Below are positions 48,496-58,346 of a stretch of DNA of 58,346 nt, piece after piece. The stretch lies in NCBI GenBank assembly GCA_010093995.1, contig ML992505.1:288921-347266 (forward strand), read 5' to 3'. The first letter of the stretch is position 1; each line of letters begins with the position of its first letter. Below the pieces are notes generated by a model. It ran no database searches. It worked only from the letters and a program-made list of their open reading frames with translations, and had not been told where the DNA came from. The DNA is from Elsinoe ampelina. Its lineage: Eukaryota. The position numbers and the translations under genes were made by a program.

Positions 48496-50309
48496 ATGGC
48501 ATCATCCGACGCAGAAGAGCAAAAGTACCAGCAGGAGGTCAATGCTGTAAAGCAATGGTGGACAGACTCGAGATGGAGATACACCAAGAGACCGTATACC
48601 GCTGAGCAAATTGTGCAAAAGAGGGGTACAATCAAGGTCGAATATCCTAGCAATCAGCTGTCTAAGAAGCTCTGGCAGACTGTCGAGGCGAGATTCCAGG
48701 TAAGTAAATTACCAAGACCGCGATGCTTGCTCCTGACATGTGCGATAGAACAAGGAGGCCAGCTTCACCTATGGTTGTCTCGACCCCGTCATGATCACCC
48801 AGATGGCCAAGTACCTCGACACCGTTTACGTCTCTGGCTGGCAGAGCTCGTCGACAGCGTCGAGCTCGAATGAACCAGGTCCAGATCTTGCTGACTATCC
48901 TTACGTATGTTCAATCATCTGCCGTAGGCGGTCCAATGCTAATGCAACGTAGACTACCGTTCCAACCAAGGTCCACCAATTGTTCATGGCACAATTGTTC
49001 CACGACCGCAAGCAGAGGAATGAGAGACTCACCACGCCTGCCAGTGGCCGATCAAAGCTGGCCAACATTGATTATCTCCGACCCATCATTGCTGACGCTG
49101 ATACTGGTCACGGTGGTCTGACTGCTGTAATGAAGCTCACCAAACTCTTCGTTGAAAGTGGTGCTGCTGGTATCCACATTGAGGATCAAGCGCCAGGCAC
49201 AAAGAAGTGCGGACACATGGCCGGCAAGGTGCTCGTGCCCATTGCCGAGCACATCAACCGTCTAGTGGCCATTCGTGCCCAAGCTGATATTATGGGTACG
49301 TCAAGTCTCATTCAATAACTCTTGCATGTACTGATAAAGACCAGGTTCCGACCTTCTGGCTGTGGCGCGTACCGACTCTGAAGCCGCCACACTCATCACA
49401 AGCACCATCGATCCCCGCGACCACGCATTCATCCTTGGCGCAACCAACCCGGCCCTTCAGCCATTGAATGATCTGATGATTGCTGCCGAGCAGGCTGGAA
49501 AGAACGGTCCAGAACTCCAAGCGATTGAGGACAATTGGAATGCTCAGGCCAACCTTCGTCTTTTCCATGAGGCTGTCATTGACACCATCAACGCCGGTGT
49601 GCACGTCAACAAGAAGGGTCTGATCGACGAGTTCTTGTCCAAGAGTAAGGGCAAGAGCAACCAGGAGGCTCGCGCACTCGCCAAGGGTATCACTGGCGTC
49701 GACATTCATTTTGACTGGGATGCACCACGAACACGTGAGGGTTACTACCGCTACAAGGGTGGCTGCCAGTGTGCCGTAAACCGCGCCATTGCGTACGCTC
49801 CCTACTGCGACATGATCTGGATGGAGAGCAAGCTCCCAGACTACGCCCAAGCGCAAGAATTTGCCGAGGGCGTACATGCCGTATGGCCAGAGCAGAAGTG
49901 AGTCGTGATCCGAAGCGCAAATATATCCGACACTGACCATAGCAGGCTTGCATACAACCTCTCGCCCTCCTTCAACTGGAAGGCGGCCATGCCCCGCAAC
50001 GAGCAAGAGACCTACATCAAGCGCCTCGGTCAGCTCGGCTACTGCTGGCAATTCATCACCCTGGCGGGTCTGCACTCGAACGCTCTCATCTCCAACAACT
50101 TCGCCCAGGCATATGCTAAGCACGGCATGAGGGCGTACGGAGAGATGATCCAAGAGCCGGAGATGGACAGCAAGAATGATGTTGTCACTCACCAGAAGTG
50201 GTCCGGTGCCAACTACGTCGACTCGTTGTTGACTATGTTGACTGGTGGTATCAGCTCGACGGCAGCAATGGCTTCTGGGGTGACCGAAGATCAGTTTAAA
50301 GGGCACTGA
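48496..50309 (+). CDS. ICL1: Isocitrate lyase
   Basis: Introns 48700-48748, 48905-48952, 49296-49344 and 49898-49945. Motifs [35 protein letters not shown] (catalytic KKCGH), [11 protein letters not shown] and HQKWSGANY. Confidence 0.97.
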
Positions 50310-50904
50310 TGTGGTCGACGGGACAGAAGATGTCGTTGTTCTTTGTGGCGGATGTAGGAATTGATGTACCCATGTGGACAAAATAGTCGGTTATCTCGTT
50401 GCAATATACAAGCATCCAAAACACCTGCTTCCTTTGGCAATCTGGACACTGGGCGTATCTCGTGTTGACAATGCAAACAGGCCTGCATAGGGTACTGAGC
50501 ATAGGCTGGTAGTGAAGCTTCGAGACTACCACAACCTGAACATGCGCTGAATAGATCTGCCTTTGGCCATACTATAGAACAGATGTCGTGTTATATCACT
50601 TTCTCAAAGACGGCCCAGTCCGCACTTCATGCCAAAAAGTGCCGACGACAGGTTGTGGTGAGGTCTGCGGCAGCTCCGAACCTCGGCCGACGTTCATAGC
50701 GATATCGCATCACTTGTGCAACTTGTATCGCACCACAGATGATAGTGCTAGGCACACAGAGCTGCACCTTTCCAGGCCATGGGAAATGAATACCTCGGGC
50801 GTAAAAGAGCCAAACACTATGCTAACACAGTGACCAAACTTTTGCACCTCGCCACAACACCGATATCCTGAGTGGTTACAGTCCTCATACTCTTCTTCAA
50901 AAGC

Positions 50905-52443
50905 ATGGCAATCATGTCTGGAAGGAAGAACCATGTCAGAAGCTTTCAATTTGATGCGTTGCCAGACGAGATACTCGTCGAGGTCATATCCCACTTGGAC
51001 GCTACGCCACCTTTGTCAGAATCGGATACCAGAAGATTGCCACACGAAGAGATGTTTCTTCAACCCTGTCCGCCGATCAAAATGCTGTCAAGGACATCGA
51101 AACGATGGCGACGGGTGACACTACCAGTATTGTTCCGCCATCTGTATATCGACCTCGACAACCTTATAGTAAGGACGATCGGTACACAAGACGACCCACT
51201 CGAGCACACTCGATTCTTCGACTCGCACCACGATCAGCTCTTCCTGAATCAGCTACAGGTCATGCTCACCGATCTTACAACGCTTTCCATCACACCTTAT
51301 GCTCGCTCCCTCCTCGTCTTGTCTCGCGCCTCCGCCGTCTACCACGCTCTCCGAAAGGTCATCGACTCCGCCATGCCACAATTCTGGCGCTCTCTCCTCT
51401 CCACCTTCCCAGAACTCCAACGCATCGTCCTCCTCGCCCCGTTCCTTGGCCTCGCCTCCCTCACTAGCTGTGTCGACAGCTCCTTCCTCGCCTCCGCTCA
51501 GTACCACTCCGACCACTTCTCCATCCTCGAGCTGACCATAAACCCTACCACTCCCGTCATCACCTCGAACAGGGACACCTCCGACTACGGCCTCGCCACC
51601 AAATCCCCCACTGACTTCCGCTTCAAACTCTCCAGTCTCATGCATATGCGCTCATGGACCCACATCGGCCTCAACGAAGGCAACATCGGCGAGCTAGCCG
51701 AGCAATACGAACACGAAGCCAGCGCCACGACTTCTCTCCTCCCCTTCCTCTTCCCGCCCTGTTGCCTCCAACAGAACGCGGAGCACTCCCACCGCTGGGC
51801 CCATCTGCGGGACAACATGACCTTCCTCGACTCCTTCGCTTACACGGCCTTATGCGTGCCACCGGGACAGATCCCAAGCTCGCGGTACACAACAGGGGTA
51901 CATCCGTTCAAGTTCGTGCGGAAGTTGGACATGAAGCTCCTACCAGACCTGCGTGACGCGGTGCAAATGATGAACGATCTCGAGGACGAGGACGAGGTGG
52001 AGGACTTTCTCCGGCAGCACGACGACGATGTAGCGACTATCTACGCGGATTTGAGATCGGATATGACGTGGTTTTGTAATGATGAGGGATGGCGGTGGGG
52101 GACATTGGTGAGCGATGACCATGAGTGGTATAGGAGATGTAGGGGACTGGTAGAGGCATTTGAGGAATCGCAGCTTGATGGGTTTGAGGTGGAATTCATG
52201 GAAACTTTCGAGGATCCAGCTACTAGGGTTTGGGCGAGGGAGTGGCGGGTTGTGGAGGACGAGGGGGACGAGGGAGTTAGGAAGAAGGTGGTGTTCAGAG
52301 ACCAAGTAGCACTGGACCCAGGAAGGGAGAGGTTTGACGATGTCGGGGATCTAGACCTTCACTATCTTCAACCGTCAGAGGATGCATTTCGGGAATACGA
52401 GGAATACCTGGCGACCGATCCTGCAGCCTGGGATAGCGATTAG
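50905..52443 (+). CDS. F-box-like protein
   Basis: N-terminal FDALPDEILVEVISHL..IKMLSRTSKRWRRVTLPVLFRHL. Long intronless ORF; start at 50905 or 50914. Confidence 0.75.
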   Translation: MAIMSGRKNHVRSFQFDALPDEILVEVISHLDATPPLSESDTRRLPHEEMFLQPCPPIKMLSRTSKRWRRVTLPVLFRHLYIDLDNLIVRTIGTQDDPLEHTRFFDSHHDQLFLNQLQVMLTDLTTLSITPYARSLLVLSRASAVYHALRKVIDSAMPQFWRSLLSTFPELQRIVLLAPFLGLASLTSCVDSSFLASAQYHSDHFSILELTINPTTPVITSNRDTSDYGLATKSPTDFRFKLSSLMHMRSWTHIGLNEGNIGELAEQYEHEASATTSLLPFLFPPCCLQQNAEHSHRWAHLRDNMTFLDSFAYTALCVPPGQIPSSRYTTGVHPFKFVRKLDMKLLPDLRDAVQMMNDLEDEDEVEDFLRQHDDDVATIYADLRSDMTWFCNDEGWRWGTLVSDDHEWYRRCRGLVEAFEESQLDGFEVEFMETFEDPATRVWAREWRVVEDEGDEGVRKKVVFRDQVALDPGRERFDDVGDLDLHYLQPSEDAFREYEEYLATDPAAWDSD

Positions 52444-52512
52444 AGTGTATCTCTACGAGTAGATCGGGTCTCTGATAGGATATATATCGACGTGTATGTA
52501 CATAGATCATCT

Positions 52513-54147
52513 TCATATCTTAGGGAGAGGCTCCTGCTCAGCAGTGACAGCCTCCCAGACCTTCAACCCGTGATCATACAGCTCATCCATCCACATATCC
52601 ACCTTGCCCTCACGATTCAGCCTCAACACACCCCTCGGCACCTTCACCGGCCACTCCACATCCCTGAAGCTGACAAAGTCGCTCAGCAGACCATTCATCG
52701 GCGCAACAACCCGCTTCTCCTCCTCCGTCAGCCCCTTACCCCAGCCATTCCCCCAGAACCAAATCGCCATATCACTGCTATGCGTGACGCCCCATTCTGG
52801 CGGCAAAAAGCCATCGACACACTTCGCCCGCCAATCAATGCGGTACCTGAGGAGGTCCTTACCGACCTTGAAACCTCCAGCATCCAGGCGGTCCGCGAAG
52901 CCGCGCTCCAGGGCGTAGACTTGCATGTCTGCGTAGACCTTGCCGAAAGCGTCTTGCCAGTCTTTGTATTGGGGTGGTAGTTTTCGATCGGGGAAGTAGA
53001 GCTGCATGAGAGCTTTGACGGCTCGTTCGGGGTAGTCTGCTACTAGTCGCTGGTAGAGGGCGTCGTGTGAGTCGCTGGGTGGTCGCCAGCTGCCGTACAT
53101 GTTCCATTCTTCTGAGCATTCGCCGTTGAGGATCTTGATGCCTCGTCCTTTGAGTTTGTGGGCGAATGTGCCGTCGTTGATGTTTCGGGATGTGTGCTTG
53201 TTCACGAAGACACCGTCGCTTAGTGCCCTGAATTCACTGATTTTCATCTTCTCTTGCACTGCGACCAGCTTGTACATTGATGCCTCCCTCAATTTCCTCA
53301 GCTTCTCGTCACCGTTCAGATCCATTGGGATACCTAATCTACTAAGCAATTCGTCAAATTGGTCCTGATGCTCTGGTAGTTCTTTTGGCTGCACGCCAGG
53401 TCCATTACTCCACATGACCGCCCGTCCGATGATTTGCTCTCCCTTCGGCCGATCCAGATCATAAGCTAGCTGATTGAACGTCGAGTGACTCCCAGCGCTA
53501 TACCCTGCGACCGTGATCCTGTCCACGTCACCGCCAAAGACTTTGATATTCCGCCTCACCCATTCCAAAGCACACCTCTGATCCCAAAACCCACAATTCC
53601 CCACCGTCTCTCCGTTCCGCCTCGCCTCCGCCTCCAGCTCCCTGCTTGCCAGAAACCCAAACAGATTCAGACGATACGCAGGCATGACCACAATCGCCCG
53701 AAACCCAGTCTCGTGGTACATGTTCGCCACCACTTCTGGCGGGGTATTGGCAGTGCCGAATTGGAGCCAACCACCATGGATGTAGAACAACACAGGCCAT
53801 CCAGACTCCGGTGCCGGTCCAGAAGGGATCCATATGTTGAGTTGCAGACAGTTTTCATCCCATAGTTCGGTGGCGGGTGGGGCGCGGAAGCCTGGCTGCG
53901 GACAGAGGGCGGTACGGCCTGTGTGGAGGCCAGGGTTGGCACGTGTTCCGTACCGATAGCTTTGTGGGAGAGGTCGAGGAGGACGAAAGCGGTGGGAGAA
54001 GATGGGTGGGAGTGCGTATGGGAGTCCACCTACGTAGGTGCATGTTGGGGATTTAGAACCCGTGGGAGTGAGATTGAGGGCGACAATGGTACCGAGAGGC
54101 CCGATTGGGAGGGTGACGGGGAGCTGCTGAAAGGTCGTCGTCGGCAT
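52513..54147 (-). CDS. Type-B carboxylesterase (alpha/beta hydrolase)
   Basis: Motifs GLPYALPP, DENCLQLNIWIP, PVLFYIHGGW, YRLNLFGFL, GNCGFWDQRCALEWV, nucleophile GYSAG and GVTHSSD. Confidence 0.92.
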   Translation of the reverse strand: MPTTTFQQLPVTLPIGPLGTIVALNLTPTGSKSPTCTYVGGLPYALPPIFSHRFRPPRPLPQSYRYGTRANPGLHTGRTALCPQPGFRAPPATELWDENCLQLNIWIPSGPAPESGWPVLFYIHGGWLQFGTANTPPEVVANMYHETGFRAIVVMPAYRLNLFGFLASRELEAEARRNGETVGNCGFWDQRCALEWVRRNIKVFGGDVDRITVAGYSAGSHSTFNQLAYDLDRPKGEQIIGRAVMWSNGPGVQPKELPEHQDQFDELLSRLGIPMDLNGDEKLRKLREASMYKLVAVQEKMKISEFRALSDGVFVNKHTSRNINDGTFAHKLKGRGIKILNGECSEEWNMYGSWRPPSDSHDALYQRLVADYPERAVKALMQLYFPDRKLPPQYKDWQDAFGKVYADMQVYALERGFADRLDAGGFKVGKDLLRYRIDWRAKCVDGFLPPEWGVTHSSDMAIWFWGNGWGKGLTEEEKRVVAPMNGLLSDFVSFRDVEWPVKVPRGVLRLNREGKVDMWMDELYDHGLKVWEAVTAEQEPLPKI

Positions 54148-54283
54148 TGTCACTACATGTTTGAGTTGTAGCGGGGAGAAAGAGGTGGAGTGAGAACAGG
54201 CGGGGTTGATAATGTTGTAACTGGCAAATCGGATCGAGAGACGTGTATTTCATTTAGAGAGCTACAATAACCGATTTATCTAC

Positions 54284-54364
54284 TGTACGTGCGCTGACTT
54301 ATTAGTGCCAGTTCTTTAGTACTAGAGAAGCTATACTAGCCTTCTATTACAACACTCCCCCTCT
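54284..54364 (-). repeat. Polypurine tract and start of the 3' LTR of the copia element
   Basis: Minus strand reads AGAGGGGGAG (54364-54355) followed directly by TGTTGTAATAG. The nearest ..ACA terminus is at 54284, so the LTR end is tentative. Confidence 0.6.
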
Positions 54365-54699
54365 AGTATAGATTATTAAAGCTAGAGAACTGTCTAGTCA
54401 CATATAAGTAAAGTGATTAGCTTATTACTTTATCTCTTTATAATTGCTTATAATTGTTAGTATTAGCTAATTATTAGTGAGAATTCCTATTAGTTTAGCT
54501 TATAATTGCTAGCAACAATAGTAACTATTAATAATAGCTAGGCAGCTATTATTTATGTAAATAGACTAGCTTATAAGTCTTAATTAAAGAGATATAAGTA
54601 TCTAACTAGCCTCTTTATAATTTCTCCTTCCTTTATTATACTTCTAGTAGTAGCCTTTTCTTTTATATAATACTTTTACCTTCTTACTATGCTATATTA

Positions 54700-55900
54700 A
54701 CAATACTTATAATATAAGCGCTATAGTGTAGTAATAGCTAGACATTAGTAGCATTACTACTAGTGCTAGTGCTCTAAGTAGTCTACTAGGTAGCGGAGGT
54801 AGTAGCAAGAAGAGAAATTCTCTATTAAGGTTACCTAGTACTTCTAATGTTAATTATAATACTACTATAAGACTAATTACTCATCTTAATACTCTTAGTA
54901 AGTAGCTATAAAGCATTAATAGCATAAGCTAACATTAATAGCCTAATTAACTTAGACTTTAACTTAATAGTTAGCCGATATAATCTAGAATACTCTCCTT
55001 AGGCTTAGGATAATTAGTTATTATAACTATGCTAACTTATATCCTATCTAGAGATCTATAGTAGTCTAGGCCTTTAGTACCTATAGTATACACCTAGTAG
55101 TTACTAATCCTATTCTAGTTAAGGATCTAACTAAGTAAGTTAACCTTACTAGATCTACTAACTACTCTACTACTTTAATAGCTTCTAGTGCTACTAGTAG
55201 AGTAGTCTACTATAGTACTAATCGCTATACTAAGTGTTAGGGATCTAACCTTAGCAATAATTAGAGTAAGGGTAGGGGTAGCAAGTTTAGTAAGTATATT
55301 ACTTTACCTAGTTAGCTTAATAAGGCCTACACTTACTATGCTTATAGTAACTAATATGCTAGATGTTCCTTAGCTAACTATACTCTAACTCTAAGGCCTG
55401 TTAGCTCTCCTAAACCTATAAGGACCCCGAGTAGCTTAAGGGTTATTACCTAGCCTATTCTATATAGCCTAATATACCTACTAATAGAGCTCCCTAGGTC
55501 TGTCTCTTTTAGTAGTGCTTTGCTTTAGAGGTTCTTACTAAGGGCCTATATACTAGGAGCATTATTAGGTGTAGTTAACACCTTAATAACTTATGCTAAC
55601 TCTCGCTACTTTATAGTAGTCCCTATAAACTTTATAGATCCTACTAACCTAACTACTACTAAGGTTCGTAACTTAGCTACTATAGTAACAAACTATATAG
55701 TAGAGCTTATAAGAATTATAGCTACTAGCTACTCTAGTTAGCTTCTTACTATTTATGCCTTTGTACTAGGCCTAGTACTAATAAGGCATAGTAGGTCTAG
55801 ATCTAACACTTCTATAAGGTCTACTAGTAGTAATAAGGGAAGGGGTTCTCCTTCTATAGAGAAGTAATTTAAGGTAGAGGATAGGTAGGGGTTATTAAAG
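54700..55900 (+). pseudogene. RIP-destroyed passenger ORF inside the copia element, DUF3716-like Cys-rich domain
   Basis: Plus-strand 55223-55370 translates RYTKC*G..GRGSKFSKYITLPS*LNKAYTYYAYSN*YARCSL. Reversing G>A/C>T changes gives RCTKCQG..GGKFGECV..ACAYCAYG.Q.ARCS. Boundaries are approximate. Confidence 0.55.
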
Positions 55901-58346
55901 GTAATAATAGTACTAAGTAATAGATATAGCTTAGGTATAAGTAGCTAGTAATAGGGTTATAATAGCTTTTCCTTTCTCTCTTCTTAATAATAAAGTAACT
56001 TACTTTAAGCTTTAGACAAATAAGATAGCTTAATAAGTAGTAGTAGTATAAATAACATACTTAGAATAATAATATATATAAAATCTAAATAAGTATATAG
56101 TATAGATATATACTAAGTAATTAGCCTTTGCTAATTAATTAAGGATCTTATTAAGAAACTTAGGCTTTATAAGTATATTAGCTAATTACTAAGTTGTATT
56201 AATATACTTAAGCTTAATTGCTTTAAGTTTATACTACTCTCTATAGTAATAATTCCTTAGATTAATATACTTAGATCTCCTTAAGTTAGTATAATCTCTT
56301 ACAAGTTTAATAGCTAATTTATTATTAATAAAGACTATAGTTAGACTAAGGTAGATATTAGTAAGTAGCCTAAGTTTAATAATGAGGTTTCTTAACTAAT
56401 TAATCTCTCTATAGGTCTTAGTAAGGGCAAGGTATTTAGCCTTAGTACTTAATAATATAATAATCTTCTATAGCCTTAACTTCTAAATAACTAGTGTACT
56501 AAGTATATAAATAATAGTACTAGATATAGATCTTATAGTTAATCTATCTCTAGCAAAGTCTAAGTTAGAGTAGGCCTTAATTATGTTAACTAATAGTCTA
56601 TTAGTCTTCTTAAAGGTAAGGCCCTTTATAATAGTCCTATTAATATATCTCTAGATCTATTTAGCTATAACTACATAAGCTATAGTTAGATTCTAAAGGA
56701 ACTTAGCTAGGTAATTAGTAGCATAGCTAATATTAGGCCTTATGTTGTTAGCTAGATATTATAATTCACTAATAATTCTATTAAATGTCTTATAGTACTA
56801 AGTATTAACTTAGCTATTAGTTAGTTTATAGAGTTGATTAATAAGATACTTTATAGTTCTTACTTAGTAAAGATTATAACCTTTAAGCTTCTCCTTTAAG
56901 TAGTATAATTGCTTAATCTTAATTAAGTCCTTAGTTCTATAAAGTTAAACACTAAGGAAGAGGTTTAAGTTTATAATCTTTATTAGAAACTTAAGATAAA
57001 GATCTTTAACTAGCTTATCTACATACTTCTACCTAGTAGCAATAATCCTAAAGTTATTAACATACACAAGAACTATATAATACTTATTAATAAAGAGATA
57101 GACATTACTATAGGATCTAATAAAACTAAGTAATAGAAGGGCCTTAACTATAGCGTTATACTAGAGGGTAGTAGCTTACTTAAGCCTATATAAGCCCTTT
57201 ATAAGAACAATAAGCTTGTCCTATTTACTAGGGATTAGTACGCCTTCTAGGCAGGAGATATAGTTCTTAATATTAATATCTAGTCTAAGGAATATAGTAA
57301 CTATATCTACTATTATAATAACCTAGTTATAATAAAGAGCATATATAAGGATTACTCTCCTAGTTTTAGCTCTTAGTATTAGTATAAAGGTTCTAACAAA
57401 GTTAATACCTACTCTTTAAGTAAAGCCCCTTATAGTCTAACAAGCCTTATATCTTTTAACTTTGCTATTAGTAAGCCTCTTAGTCTTAAAGACCTATTTA
57501 CCTATTATTAGCCTAATACCTCTTAGTGCCTATAATTTCTTAATAATTAAAAAGGTTTTAGAGTTAGTTAGAGCCTTCTACTCTATCTCTATTATAGCTT
57601 ACTAGTAATAACCTTTAGGAGAGAATAGTATATCTCTTACTATTTATAGGTCTAGCTTAAAATTAATAGCTATAGATCTAATGATTTTACTATTATTAAG
57701 TTTCTTATAATTAATCTAGCGATGTATTCTAAGGAACCTTCTAATAGTTTCTTATAGTAAGAGAGATCTCTTCCTTTTACTAGTTAGAGGTTATAGATTA
57801 AATAGTATAATAAGAAAGTTAACATCCTTATTCTATATATATATTAGTAGTTAATTAACATTAACTATAGGATTAAAGGTTAAATGTAGTTCACTAATAA
57901 CTTTAGGTAGTAGTATTATAAGGTCTTTACCTTTATAATTAGCAATATTAAGTTGCTTCCCTTGTTTATTAACAAGTTAAGGATCTAGTTTAGGATGTTA
58001 GTGTTACTCCTCTTATTCTTTAATAGAGGTAGATAATTGTTATTTATATCTAGGAATTAAAGGGTAGTTAGATGTTAGTTGTTTAACTTAAGGTTATTTA
58101 GCCTAAGTAGTTTATAGATTCTTATAACTAAAGGGTAGTTAATTATAGCTATAGCCTTAATTATAATTACTACTAAATATCTACTCCCCCTAAAGCTATA
58201 AAGCCTTAGGTTGTTATACCTATAGGATATATAGCTATTTAATAACTTATATTACCTAGTCTTTATAGACTATATTTTTATTAAATATTACATAGGGTAA
58301 TATAATAATCTTTCCCTTCTAGGCTTACTAAGCATAATACTAATAG

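Larger units (their letters stand above)
54284..58346 (-). mobile_element. RIP-degenerated Ty1/copia LTR retrotransposon (3' part; continues off the right edge)
   Basis: Abrupt switch to AT-rich, TpA-saturated, CpA/TpG-depleted DNA. Minus-strand translation gives post-integrase YVIFNK (VxFDE-like, about 58280), RT GK*VFKTKR..RYKAC*TIRGFT* (about 57415-57505), KGLYRLK*A, YVNN (RIP form of YVDD, 57053-57064), RNase H RSKYINLR and LANILIKP (RIP form of LADILTKP, 56162-56185). The IN-RT-RH order indicates copia. Confidence 0.92.

Noticed and set aside
50307..50357. Possible stop-codon readthrough PTS1 on isocitrate lyase
   Set aside because: Stop context is TGA TGT, not TGA CTA, and the extension would end WRM, which is not a PTS1.
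49308..50381. 357-aa minus-strand ORF
   Set aside because: Antisense shadow of isocitrate lyase.

Overview
Eukaryotic (filamentous ascomycete, probably Dothideomycete-like; taxon is inference) genomic window with short GT-AG introns. About 1-54.2 kb is GC-balanced and gene-dense: a Zn2Cys6 TF, ECH1-type dienoyl-CoA isomerase, Mgr3-like TPR protein, TFB5, a GFA-family gene, RACK1/CPC2 with an intronic U24 snoRNA, SRAP/HMCES, an isochorismatase-AlkB fusion, WSS1, DUF1776, a Dsf2/Nif1-like Sel1 protein, TVP38, a peroxisomal FAD oxidase, a small secreted 12-Cys protein, isocitrate lyase, an F-box protein and a carboxylesterase. From about 54.3 kb to the end lies a RIP-destroyed Ty1/copia retrotransposon on the minus strand. 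The main finding is not visible in the ORF track. Manual splicing of the apparently empty 5-12 kb region gives three tandem, highly diverged minus-strand genes, each with two phase-1 introns around an exactly 42-nt exon 2. All encode the same N-terminal module ending in C-x2-C-x5-Y-x3-[MI]-x2-H-x3-C, followed by a low-complexity tail. An intronless fourth member sits at 40.9-41.9 kb. Other points: an oxalate decarboxylase pseudogene, a broken splice acceptor in the GFA gene, a neighbourhood of DNA-protein-crosslink and formaldehyde-related genes, and a probable DUF3716-like antisense passenger ORF in the copia element. All calls come from manual reading; no database searches were run.
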